64,000 bases of DNA from Candidatus Kapaibacterium sp. (lineage in GTDB: Bacteria; Bacteroidota; Ignavibacteria; Palsa-1295): contig JBKJTT010000037.1 of NCBI GenBank assembly GCA_046590205.1, positions 5,888 through 69,887 of the forward strand, in the 5' to 3' direction. Below the pieces are notes generated by a model, which had not been told where the DNA came from, did not search any database, and worked only from the letters and a program-made list of their open reading frames with translations. The translations under genes were made by a program, and so were the position numbers. Positions 19,840 to 29,501 of the stretch are shown in pieces; position 1 is the first letter of the stretch, and each line of letters starts with the position of its first letter.

Positions 19840-20382
19840 ATGGTAAACCGCCTTATCAAAGAGAGCGATAGTGCTGGTGTGATTGAGTGTCAGGGTTCGG
19901 TGAACCTTGCCAAACTCTTGCACGCCATCCACACTGATACTCGCGCCCGACTCGTCGGTGCTACTTCGCCCGATGGACGAGGGGTAATCTCTGTTGTTAT
20001 CGCAGGTGGTCTGGCAGAAGTCCAACATGCCGTCGAGACCGTCAAAACTTCCAGTGGCGTTACCGAATCGGTTTTCTTCGCACGTCCTGATACCGATGCA
20101 ATGAGCATACTCTTGAAGTCGCTCAACATTGCAACCCAAGAGAAAGCCGAGAAGAAAGCTTCGTCACATGTCCGCTCAGTAAACGAACTCGATATCACCG
20201 AGATGGAGAACTGGAACGTGCATGAGCTTCGCCGCTATGCCCGAAGCATTAATAGCTTTCCTATTGGCGGCAGAATGATATCGAAAGCAAAACGCGACGA
20301 GTTAGTCCGTATGCTTACCCCGCTCGTCTTCCCGGCAAACTCACCAAGAGCGTACCCGACGCAAGAGATGATGCCAAGTTAG
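19840..20382 (+). CDS. Divergent BMC shell-domain protein with C-terminal helical extension
   Basis: SAGVIECQG...ISVVIAGGLAEVQHAVE...FFARP aligns by eye with the BMC-H pattern (ALGMIETKG...VTVMVRGDVAAVKAAV...VIPRP); C-terminus NVHELRRYARSI...ISKAKRDELV. Confidence 0.65.
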   Translation: MVNRLIKESDSAGVIECQGSVNLAKLLHAIHTDTRARLVGATSPDGRGVISVVIAGGLAEVQHAVETVKTSSGVTESVFFARPDTDAMSILLKSLNIATQEKAEKKASSHVRSVNELDITEMENWNVHELRRYARSINSFPIGGRMISKAKRDELVRMLTPLVFPANSPRAYPTQEMMPS

Positions 20383-20475
20383 TGATTAGTGGCGAGTGGT
20401 TAGTTGTTAGTTGAAATGCAGTGAACTCTTACCTCTAAATCCGTTTTTTCATCATTCATAATTCATCATTTCCCC

Positions 20476-21414
20476 TTGGGACTCGGACGCAAACTACTTA
20501 TACTTTTTACAGCTATCTTTGTAGCGCTTATCCTCTGGACGTATGTCCACTTGGCAGGCAGCTACGAGGTTGATCTTGATATTCCTATTGAGGTAACGTC
20601 TCCTCCGGGCTTTGCGCTTGCGAAGGAGTTACCGTCGAGCGTCCATACCAAACTTCGCGGACCGGGCTGGCGTCTGTTACTGATGGATTTCACAGGGAAT
20701 ACCAAGTTCTCTGTTGATCTTGCCAAACGCGACCCGAACCTGTTTATGAACTCGCGATTTTTCATTACGCTCGAAGATCTCTCGAGTTCGCCTTCATTAC
20801 CGAGCGAAGTAAAGCTCCTGAAGATAGAACCCGATTCGCTCGAGCTGACCTTCTCACGCGAGATGACAAAGCGAGTACCAATTGCACTGCGAACTGATAT
20901 AGAATGTGCTTCGGGCTTCACCGTTGTCGGTCAGCCACTTATTGCGCCTGTATCGGTCACACTTCAGGGATCTAACACAATACTTGATTCGCTTTTGTAC
21001 TTCCCTACAAAGACACTCAAACTTCGCGGGCTTCGAGAAGGAGTAACCAAGCAGGTAGAGTTATCAGATTCATTGCGTGATGCCGTTACTTCGCGATCGG
21101 TAAATGTGATCTCGGTAAAGATAGATGTGCAGGCAGTCGCCGAACGGCAGTTCATTGATATTCCAATCAGCATCGAAGCGCTTCCGCCTGATAGAGAAAT
21201 GACGCTCATCCCAAGTTCTATATCGGTCATGATACGCGGCGGCGTAGATGAACTTGCAAAGCTTGACCCAACGAAGATTCGAGCATCGGTCATTTATGAT
21301 ATGGCAGCCTTCGATACCTTGACAAGTACGAAACCAAGTATCTTACTTCCCAAGGGTATCGAGTTCTTAAACGCCGATCCGCCAAGTGTAAAATTTGTTA
21401 TTAGGAAAAGATAA
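20476..21414 (+). CDS. YbbR/CdaR-like domain protein
   Basis: N-terminal TM anchor (ALILWTYV) and repeated YbbR-like units (PDSLEL, PVSVTLQG, PSSISVMIRG, PPSVKF). Confidence 0.8.
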   Translation: MGLGRKLLILFTAIFVALILWTYVHLAGSYEVDLDIPIEVTSPPGFALAKELPSSVHTKLRGPGWRLLLMDFTGNTKFSVDLAKRDPNLFMNSRFFITLEDLSSSPSLPSEVKLLKIEPDSLELTFSREMTKRVPIALRTDIECASGFTVVGQPLIAPVSVTLQGSNTILDSLLYFPTKTLKLRGLREGVTKQVELSDSLRDAVTSRSVNVISVKIDVQAVAERQFIDIPISIEALPPDREMTLIPSSISVMIRGGVDELAKLDPTKIRASVIYDMAAFDTLTSTKPSILLPKGIEFLNADPPSVKFVIRKR

Positions 21415-21416
21415 TC

Positions 21417-22598
21417 GTGTCAAACATTACAGACCGCATTAAACAACTTGCTGATAAATACTACGACGATGTGGTAACCCTTCGCCGTACAATTCATGCA
21501 AACCCGGAGCTTGCATTTGAAGAGAATGAGACATCAGCTCTTGTTGCCTCGACACTTGAGAAGTACGGAGTTGAAGTCAGACGCGGCGTCGCGAAGACGG
21601 GAGTCGTCGGGACGATTCGCGGCAAGAACAAAGGCAAGGTCATTGCACTTCGCGGTGATATGGATGCCCTTCCGATTCTCGAAGCAACAGGACTCCCCTT
21701 TGCTTCAAAGAACACTGGCAAGATGCATGCCTGCGGACATGATGCTCATACATCCATTGGTCTCGGTGCGGCAATGATACTTTCAGAACTCAAAGATGAG
21801 TTGAACGGCGAAGTACGTTTTCTTTTTCAGCCGAGCGAAGAACGAGTCCCGGGTGGTGCCCCATTCATGATCGAAGACGGTGCTCTCGACGGCGTTGATG
21901 AAATTTACGGACTTCATGTCATCGCACAAAATGATGCTGGCACTGTCGGCTTCTTCCCTGGTGAGATGATGGCTTCGGCTGATGAGTTGTATTTTACTAT
22001 TAAGGGCAAGTCAGGTCACGGCGCACGTCCGCAGTATGCGATAGACCCTATCGTTACAAGTGCGCAGGTCATCACAGCTCTTCAGACACTTGTCTCACGC
22101 AATCTTGATCCGTTCTCGCAAGGTGTTATTACTATCGGTTCAATCCATGGCGGATTTGCGCCGAATATTATTCCTGAAGAAGTAAAGCTCGTAGGCACAG
22201 TACGAGCTATGACAAAAGAGTGGCGCGACTATACACATAAACGAATTGTAGAAATTGTTGAAGGCATTTGTGCTGCAAACGGCGCTACGTGCGACATACT
22301 TATCGATAAAGGATACCCCGTTCTCAATAATCATCCCGAACAAACGATGTTCGCTGATGAAGCGGCGCGCGAGCTATTCGGCTCCGACCGTGTCTTCAAG
22401 GCAGAGCGGCTTATGGGTGCAGAGGACTTTGCATATTACTTAGAGAAAGTCCCCGGCACATTCTACCGCCTCGGAATCCGCAACGAAAAGATGGGCATCA
22501 CTGCCGACATCCACAACGACCATTTTACGATTGACGAAGAAGCACTGCGAACAGGTATCGCGATGCAAGCATATTTAGCGGTAAAGGCATTGGGATAG
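21417..22598 (+). CDS. M20D-family amidohydrolase
   Basis: HANPELAFEE, LRGDMDALP, MHACGHDAH, FQPSEE, GAEDFAYY. Confidence 0.93.
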   Translation: MSNITDRIKQLADKYYDDVVTLRRTIHANPELAFEENETSALVASTLEKYGVEVRRGVAKTGVVGTIRGKNKGKVIALRGDMDALPILEATGLPFASKNTGKMHACGHDAHTSIGLGAAMILSELKDELNGEVRFLFQPSEERVPGGAPFMIEDGALDGVDEIYGLHVIAQNDAGTVGFFPGEMMASADELYFTIKGKSGHGARPQYAIDPIVTSAQVITALQTLVSRNLDPFSQGVITIGSIHGGFAPNIIPEEVKLVGTVRAMTKEWRDYTHKRIVEIVEGICAANGATCDILIDKGYPVLNNHPEQTMFADEAARELFGSDRVFKAERLMGAEDFAYYLEKVPGTFYRLGIRNEKMGITADIHNDHFTIDEEALRTGIAMQAYLAVKALG

Positions 22599-22680
22599 TC
22601 ATTGGGGCAGTCGTTAGTTTGTAGTCGTTAGTCGTTAGAGAAAAGATGTTGTATTTTTGCATTGCTAAATACTAACGACT

Positions 22681-23001
22681 ATGGACTACCAGTTCAGCCA
22701 CTGCATTTCCATCGAAACGCCTGATAGTGATGCGGCGGCGAAGTTCTATCAGGATGTCTTCGGTATGGAATTCTCGATGAGAGATGGTGATTCCATCGAG
22801 CTCAAATCAGGCGACCGTCTGATCTACTTCGATAAAGCACCAGAACACAAGACAATCTTCGAGTTTTTTGTTGACGATCTTGATGCAGCTCGCGCCGACC
22901 TTGAATCGAAAGGATGCATCGTCGTCCGCTGGGGTGGCAAAGGGAAACCATGTTATATGCAAGACCCGTTCGGTAATGTGTTTAATTTGTATCAGCCGTA
23001 A
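22681..23001 (+). CDS. VOC (glyoxalase-like) family protein
   Basis: AAKFYQDVFG, FFVDDLDAA, YMQDPFGNVF. Confidence 0.85.
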   Translation: MDYQFSHCISIETPDSDAAAKFYQDVFGMEFSMRDGDSIELKSGDRLIYFDKAPEHKTIFEFFVDDLDAARADLESKGCIVVRWGGKGKPCYMQDPFGNVFNLYQP

Positions 23002-23357
23002 TGATATTTGAGATTACGTTTATTACTTTAGTTGTCATTCTCACTCCCGTTGGAGTATTCCTCGGAAAAAAGCTTTACGTCGTTGCATTGCGAAAAGGAT
23101 GGAAGAAGCCAGATCAATATGCTTATTTTTTTGGAAGTTTCATGATTATGCCTGCAATGTCGACGATGAATCTTCTTGCAAAGATAACTGGGTCTGACAT
23201 CTTTACCACAGGCGGTGATTCTGAAACGATTGGTGGTTGGTTGCTCTATGCTTGTATTGCAATACTACTGATAGCTTGCTTTAGAATTCCACATGATATG
23301 ATGATTAATAAGTATCTTAGTGAAAAAGATATAACTTCTGAGAATAACCTGCTATGA
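23001..23357 (+). CDS. Small hypothetical membrane protein
   Basis: Three hydrophobic segments; overlaps both neighbours in operon fashion. Confidence 0.6.
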   Translation: MIFEITFITLVVILTPVGVFLGKKLYVVALRKGWKKPDQYAYFFGSFMIMPAMSTMNLLAKITGSDIFTTGGDSETIGGWLLYACIAILLIACFRIPHDMMINKYLSEKDITSENNLL

Positions 23358-25363
23358 TTCTTCGCTTTCTCTCTCGACCGCTCTTTGGTGCGGTGTTCGT
23401 TTTTCTTGTGAGCTTCATCGTGTATATGATGACGCTTGCGCCCGGGCTTGGTTTTATTGATGCGGGCGAGCTTGCAACGACTGCCTCGACGCACGGGATT
23501 GCACACCCGACGGGCTACCCGCTCTTTACACTTATCGGGCATCTCTTCTCTATTCTGCCGATCGCCGCGACCGTCATCGTACGGCTGAACATCATGTCCG
23601 CTTTCTTTGCGGCAATGGGTGCAGGAGCATGTGTCTATCTTGTGCATGAGATACATCTTAATTGGCTCGTCGCGAAGACAAAAGTTAAAGTTGAGACAAA
23701 AAGTAAGAAGAAAGATGAGAAACCCATAGAGCTAACAACAAACGAGACAAAAGCACAACAAGCAACAGCGGCAGGCATTTTTACAGGCATCATCATTGCA
23801 TTCAGCGAGACGTGGTGGGCGAATGCGACTTCTATCGAAGTATATCCATTGCATCAGTTCTTCCTACCTGTTATCCTGACGTTCTTCTTACGAATGCTCC
23901 GAACCGATAGCAAACGCGATGGCTTTCTCTTTGCTCTTACGCTCGGATTAGCATTTAGCAACCATCTAACAACTGTACTCCTCGCCCCTGCATGTCTCTA
24001 TGGGTTCTTTGCGAGATTCGGTTTTGGCGGTGAATCATGGAAGCGCATCGGCAAACTTGCACTGCCCTTCGCACTCGGCTTACTTCCGTATGCTTATCTA
24101 TACATCAATGCAAGCAGTAACCCGCTCATGAACTGGGGTGACCCATCAACGTTCGACAACTTCACAAAGCACGTAACAGGTGGACAGTATAAAGTATGGA
24201 TGTTCACAGGAAATAATGCAGGCAAACAATTCGCGGAGTTTTGGAGCGGATTGCCGAGTGAGTTTAGTTATTTAGTTCTTCTTCTGGCTGTCGCTTCATT
24301 CCTAATCTTTACACGTACGATATTCATCCATAGAATTCATATACTTATTTTCCTTCTTTTTCTTTTCTTTGGATGCTTGTTTTACGCCATTAATTATGAC
24401 ATTCATGACATTGATTCTTATTTTCTCCTCTCTTATTTGGTTATAGGCATCATCTCATCATTCTTTTTCCATCATGTTGGAATGAGAATTCCTGCATTCT
24501 CCACAAATATCAGAAGTTATGCATATATTGCGTTATGGTTTGCTGGGCTTCTCGGATTACAGAACGCATGGAATCATTATAACAACAGCGACGAATCCGG
24601 CAACCACATGGTTGATGATTTTACGATGAACATGCTGCAGAACTTGCCAAAGGATGCTATCGTCATCTCAAGCGCATGGGATTTCTGGGTGAGCGGTTCG
24701 TTCTATTATCAGTTTGTCGAGAAAGTACGACCTGATATAACAGTAATTGACGTTGCACTCCTTCGTGATAGACCTTGGTACTACAAACATCTTGAGCAAG
24801 TCGCACCTAGGCTGCTTGCCAATAGCCGGAAAGAACTTGATGCATTCATGCCGCACCTCATTGCCTTTGATAGAGGTGATGTAATTGACGGTCTAGCTAT
24901 CTCAATAACATATCGCAACTTCACCGAAGCACTAGTCCGAAATAATCAGGATAGACCGATTTTTATCACGACAGAATCTGTAAGCGAACGTGATCCGTTA
25001 TTCGCTCCGTCGTTCATGCCGATTGCTACCGGAGTAGCATTCCGACTTGTCGAGCGTGATACACTCATTGATGTTCCGCTTCCAAAAATAAACTGGCGCG
25101 ATGCGAATTACAAGAAACGCAACTACTATACTGACAATGCTCGTCTCTTGCAAGCCCTTCCCCTTGCCGCAACAGCGCAGAGCTATCTCGATCGCGGAGA
25201 TAAATCAACAGCACTGAAATTCATTGATCTTGCGCTGGGCTTTAAACCTGACATGACCGTTGATATTGAATCGCTCAAAGGTCGCGACAAAGACTTCGCA
25301 AGAACGGTCAACGACCGCTTCGCACAACTCGAGAACGGACGAGCTACCCTGATTAGCCGATAG
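23354..25363 (+). CDS. DUF2723/TMEM260-like GT-C membrane glycosyltransferase
   Basis: DAGEL...GIAHPTGYPLF, EVYPLH, SNHLT, NWGDP. Confidence 0.85.
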   Translation: MILRFLSRPLFGAVFVFLVSFIVYMMTLAPGLGFIDAGELATTASTHGIAHPTGYPLFTLIGHLFSILPIAATVIVRLNIMSAFFAAMGAGACVYLVHEIHLNWLVAKTKVKVETKSKKKDEKPIELTTNETKAQQATAAGIFTGIIIAFSETWWANATSIEVYPLHQFFLPVILTFFLRMLRTDSKRDGFLFALTLGLAFSNHLTTVLLAPACLYGFFARFGFGGESWKRIGKLALPFALGLLPYAYLYINASSNPLMNWGDPSTFDNFTKHVTGGQYKVWMFTGNNAGKQFAEFWSGLPSEFSYLVLLLAVASFLIFTRTIFIHRIHILIFLLFLFFGCLFYAINYDIHDIDSYFLLSYLVIGIISSFFFHHVGMRIPAFSTNIRSYAYIALWFAGLLGLQNAWNHYNNSDESGNHMVDDFTMNMLQNLPKDAIVISSAWDFWVSGSFYYQFVEKVRPDITVIDVALLRDRPWYYKHLEQVAPRLLANSRKELDAFMPHLIAFDRGDVIDGLAISITYRNFTEALVRNNQDRPIFITTESVSERDPLFAPSFMPIATGVAFRLVERDTLIDVPLPKINWRDANYKKRNYYTDNARLLQALPLAATAQSYLDRGDKSTALKFIDLALGFKPDMTVDIESLKGRDKDFARTVNDRFAQLENGRATLISR

Positions 25364-25461
25364 TTTCCAGACTATTTTAATAAAAACCTAAGAAGTTAGA
25401 GGGCGTGATTCTAAGTGGGGATCTATGAAAAATTTATACGGCGAAAAACGAGTGGACCTTT

Positions 25462-25597
25462 AAAAAAACAGCGCTTCGGGATCTACGCAGGCGGTGTGAG
25501 AAATTGGTCCTCCCTTTGTGAAACATACGTCAGTCTCCGAAGCGCCCCTATTGTTTCTGAACTAAGTGCCGCATTGAGAAAATAGCGGCGAAGTCTT
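25462..25597 (-). ncRNA. Candidate structured small RNA (~135 nt)
   Basis: Minus-strand TATATTTG box at 25603-25610, 5' hairpin gccgc/gcggc, long stem gcgcttcgg/ccgaagcgc followed by a U-tract; no convincing ORF. Confidence 0.5.
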
Positions 25598-25672
25598 ATA
25601 TACAAATATAAGCAATTCTCTTAAGAAAAACAAATAAATCGTTTCCGAGTTCAGCTAAAATGAGAAAATAAT

Positions 25673-25706
25673 GACTCCCAGGAAAGGACTGCTTCCGGGG
25701 AGTCGT
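25673..25706 (-). terminator. Hairpin downstream of the 25740-26279 gene
   Basis: gactccc-ggaa...ttcc-gggagtc followed on the minus strand by an AU-rich tract. Confidence 0.5.
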
Positions 25707-25739
25707 TATAGGACGTCGTCCATTTTCACTATTACCGAC

Positions 25740-26279
25740 CTATTCTTGGTCGGTTGTTACATAGTTTCCAAGCCACGTTATTACCGAGGCAAGGTCTTTA
25801 ATACGCTCATGTAGTGGACTAATGTTTGCAATATCTTGCGCTGGCATTAGCTCCTCATTAATCACTTTATAAAGTTTTGCAGAAGAACGGTAAAAATAAC
25901 CGTATCCTTTTATATGCGCCAAACGTGGCTCGCTGAACCCAACGATCCAGTCTGCGCCCAGTTCACGGGCTTTCTCTTCAAGTACTTCTATAATTTCATC
26001 AGCAGATTCTGCCTGAATTGTTATCATGCCAATTTCTATCGCTGACTTCGGCATTAAGTTATCAGGGAGCGGCTCGTGATAAACAAGTCCGACCGTATCG
26101 CTTACTTCGCTAAGCGCAACCATTGAGCGGCGTTCGATACGAATAGTATCTTTTCCTGATGCTTTTACTAGGTCAGTCCGCCATGTGCTTTCGGGGTCAA
26201 CAAAGTTTTGTGCCTGGAGTGAACTTGCACCCAAAAGTGACCCAAAAACAAACATCGATATATACATTAACTTTTTCAT
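25740..26279 (-). CDS. Hypothetical secreted protein (possible YbjQ-like fold)
   Basis: Signal peptide ending SLQA; LEEKARELGADWIV motif. Confidence 0.6.
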   Translation of the reverse strand: MKKLMYISMFVFGSLLGASSLQAQNFVDPESTWRTDLVKASGKDTIRIERRSMVALSEVSDTVGLVYHEPLPDNLMPKSAIEIGMITIQAESADEIIEVLEEKARELGADWIVGFSEPRLAHIKGYGYFYRSSAKLYKVINEELMPAQDIANISPLHERIKDLASVITWLGNYVTTDQE

Positions 26280-26463
26280 ACGTCTATCTCATCCTTTTCT
26301 AAAACCTAATCGAATCAATTATCTGCTGGTATTCCTTTCCGTTAGCAAGTAATATATGGGTAATAGCAATTCTCGTACCAAACTTACATGGTATGATTTG
26401 GGTGAAACTGTTCTTGTAGAAAATGATTTGAAATGGGGTAAATACTGGCTATTAACGCCCATT

Positions 26464-26535
<72 letters not shown>

Positions 26536-26623
26536 CTCTATAAATAGTGGGATAGTGAAGGATACTTCATAGTCAAACTGTTTCTCCCACTTCTTACCAC
26601 GAAATTGACCAATCCTTAGTGCA

Positions 26624-28351
26624 TTATCCCTTCGGGACTTCGAGCGGACGCTCACGATGATGAAGCAGCCAATCACCATTCTCAGCTAATGCTTCTCTGC
26701 CGAGTTCGAGGACGTACTCGGTTGCTTCTTTACGGTTACCTGCATTAAGATGTCGCTTAATCGATTCGTTCGCTTGATGAAAGAGCGTACTCATACGCTC
26801 ATACTGTTTTATATGACCGACAAGCCCATTCTTCTCTAAGTAACTTCCGATAAGTGCAGCGATGATAGGCGCAAGACCGATAGCTACGATAAGATAGTGA
26901 TTCGGATGCGCGAGGAAAAGTTGAACTGCGGCAAGCGCTACACCAATAAAAAAAATCCAATTGATGTTCCGCTCCATCTTATGAAGTTTATGATGATCGC
27001 GATGGAGCGACTTCTTGTAATACTTCGCCTGATCTTCAACCCATGAAGTTTGCGTTACCTGCAAGCGATGCATCCGGCTTTCGGTTGAATGTTCTTCCTT
27101 CGAGAGTGATTCATCATCGGCGGGGATCGCAAATGTACGTAATGCAAAACGTATCCAATCAAGCTCGCTCTTTTGTTTACGCATATAGAACTCGCTTGCC
27201 GAGTTTCTTATGCCTGCATACTGCCAATAGAACTGTACGCGAAGCCCTTCGGCAAGCGCGCGATAGTCGAGATACTTCGATTGGAATTTCCCCCGCTTTG
27301 CTCGTTCATACCACAAGAACGCAACGATGAACGTCAGAAAATATCCAACAAGGACTGCCCTCTCTTCATAGAGAAGATGTGCATAAAAATCAAAGAACGA
27401 CGCAGCAGTGAAGACAAGTAGGAATAACCCTTTGAAGGCGCGAGACGTATGCTTCTGGAAGTAAGTTGCAAGCGTATCAGCAAGGGTGAAGTTATCTATC
27501 GTTTCTCGCAGCGCAGGAGAAAGCCCACCGAAGTGGTGCTCGGGGAAAAGATACTTTTTACTTTGCTCACGTTCAGCCGATAGTGTGCCCGAATGCAGCA
27601 CCACATCATTATTGAACTGCTCCATCTGGTCGTAAATACGCAAGCTCGAACGCTCTGCCGCCCCGTCATCATCATACCATTTTGGATAGTATATTTTGAG
27701 CGTAAGAGGTTCGCCTTCTGTGCCAGTATGTCTTGAACGCGGAGTAACGATATGATAGACCGGACCGGATTCCGGCGGGTCGAGCGGATTTTGCACTGCA
27801 TCTTCAAGTATCGCTTTGCCTTCAAGCTTCATCCGCACAACGCTTGATGTGCCGCCCTGGAGTTCAAGCCGCTTACCATCCCACAGAGCAACAAGTATCT
27901 GGCTGTAGCGGGAAATGTATGCGCCAACCTGCCCATATTGCAAATCTCTGAAATACGGCTCGTGAAGATTATGTGCATCAACGCCTTCGGCGAATGGGAC
28001 AACGAACTTCCTACTCGCCTTCGCGAGTAGAGCATCGAACTCAGGAATGGAATTCGGATCTTGAAAATCCTTTTTGTATTCATCTTCTGCGAACGGCAGC
28101 GGAACGATAACCTCTATCCCCATCTCATACGCTACTTCCGCACCAAGACGGTCTGCGCCTTCAGCAAGCGAGGTCAGGAGCATTAACGGGGTGGAAGGGT
28201 ACTTACCGGCAAAGTCATCAAGAACGCCGCGGAACAACCGCTTGAGCTGCGGTATATCTTCGGTACGAATATCCCGATGCCCCGTCATCCCAATGACGAT
28301 TGGCAGCGAACCTCTTCCGTGGCTATGTGATAGCAGTGAAGAAAACTCCAT
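26624..28351 (-). CDS. SLOG (YpsA/DUF1273-like) domain fused to two SLATT-like 2TM modules
   Basis: IGMTGHRD, SLAEGAD, VPLPF, LVALWDG, GGTSSVV (SLOG), then TM pairs with YLDYRALAEGLR and WVEDQAKYY...EALAENGDW. Confidence 0.7.
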   Translation of the reverse strand: MEFSSLLSHSHGRGSLPIVIGMTGHRDIRTEDIPQLKRLFRGVLDDFAGKYPSTPLMLLTSLAEGADRLGAEVAYEMGIEVIVPLPFAEDEYKKDFQDPNSIPEFDALLAKASRKFVVPFAEGVDAHNLHEPYFRDLQYGQVGAYISRYSQILVALWDGKRLELQGGTSSVVRMKLEGKAILEDAVQNPLDPPESGPVYHIVTPRSRHTGTEGEPLTLKIYYPKWYDDDGAAERSSLRIYDQMEQFNNDVVLHSGTLSAEREQSKKYLFPEHHFGGLSPALRETIDNFTLADTLATYFQKHTSRAFKGLFLLVFTAASFFDFYAHLLYEERAVLVGYFLTFIVAFLWYERAKRGKFQSKYLDYRALAEGLRVQFYWQYAGIRNSASEFYMRKQKSELDWIRFALRTFAIPADDESLSKEEHSTESRMHRLQVTQTSWVEDQAKYYKKSLHRDHHKLHKMERNINWIFFIGVALAAVQLFLAHPNHYLIVAIGLAPIIAALIGSYLEKNGLVGHIKQYERMSTLFHQANESIKRHLNAGNRKEATEYVLELGREALAENGDWLLHHRERPLEVPKG

Positions 28352-28597
28352 ATTGCTACGAAAATACGAAGGAAACGGAAATAGGGGATAAAGATTAAGG
28401 AATTGAGAACCGTGTGTATCAGAAAAAAAAATCAGACTATATTATCTTCAGCTAATAACAAAAATTGCGCCGTAAACACAAGATTCTTCCTGTATTTTAA
28501 AATTAAGTATAAATAAAGTTTGTAACCTTGAGCTCCTTTAAGTGTTTTAAACCTATAATAACTTAACACACTCATCATTATCTAAAGGAGAAAAAGT

Positions 28598-29476
28598 ATG
28601 TCTAAAATAACTACCTATGTCTTAAGCATTTTTTGCTCGATAACTCTTTTTCATTCAATAGCATTATGTCAAGCAGATGCTTGGGTAACGGCACCCGAAC
28701 AAGCTGCTTATCTCATACCTGCAAATTTCCTCCAAAATAGTCATGGACAATTAGGAATTGGAACCCGTTTTCCATTTGTAAACGATGCTATTCAAATACA
28801 CCATATACCTGGACTTATTAGTGCACCTTCTCCAAGATTCTCACCTTTCCCTGCTCTAAAGATTGCTATCGGAGATAATGAAACAGACCACTACCGTAGT
28901 TTAGAACTTGCATTGGCCCATTGTAATTCGTGCTACTCTAACATTGCAGACATGTGGGATGCAGTACTAAAGACAACATCAGGTGATCTCATACTTGGGT
29001 CTGATAAATGTGTAAATGATCCTTTTCTACCTACTGATTTAAAAGCTGCATACCCTGAGGGTGGTGCTGTCCGTTTCTTTACTCGTGTTGATAGAGCACA
29101 ACCTCAAAAAGAGAGAATGACTATTCTCAATGATGGTAAAGTACTAATCGGAATTACAAGCATAACTTCTCCTACCGTACTTCATCAGAATTTAAAGCTT
29201 GCTGTTAATGGTGCAATCTTTGCAAAAGAAGTACTGGTTCGTCTCGACGGTTGGTCTGACTTTGTTCTTGATGGAAATTATAAGTTATTGCCATTAGACA
29301 AGCTCGAACAAAGTATAAAGGAAGATAAACATTTACCGGGAATCCCATCCACAGAGGAAGTTCTAAAAGATGGTGTTCTTATCGGAGACATGCAATCAAA
29401 GCTCTTGCAGAAAATTGAAGAGTTAACTTTGTACGTTATTGCCTTGAATAAACAAAATGAGACATTAGCTAAATGA
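28598..29476 (+). CDS. Secreted protein with Bacteroidota tail-fibre/chaperone-like C-terminal domain
   Basis: Signal peptide; KLAVNGAIFAKEV...WSDFVL...HLPGIPS...LLQKIEELTLY coiled-coil end; possible premature TGA (see findings). Confidence 0.75.
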   Translation: MSKITTYVLSIFCSITLFHSIALCQADAWVTAPEQAAYLIPANFLQNSHGQLGIGTRFPFVNDAIQIHHIPGLISAPSPRFSPFPALKIAIGDNETDHYRSLELALAHCNSCYSNIADMWDAVLKTTSGDLILGSDKCVNDPFLPTDLKAAYPEGGAVRFFTRVDRAQPQKERMTILNDGKVLIGITSITSPTVLHQNLKLAVNGAIFAKEVLVRLDGWSDFVLDGNYKLLPLDKLEQSIKEDKHLPGIPSTEEVLKDGVLIGDMQSKLLQKIEELTLYVIALNKQNETLAK

Positions 29477-29501
29477 GTTGAAGAACTTGAAAGGAAGTAA
29501 A

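Noticed and set aside
29474-29476. Selenocysteine or alternative genetic code reading of the TGA
   Set aside because: Coiled-coil context without a redox motif, no evident SECIS hairpin, and many genes here end in TGA.
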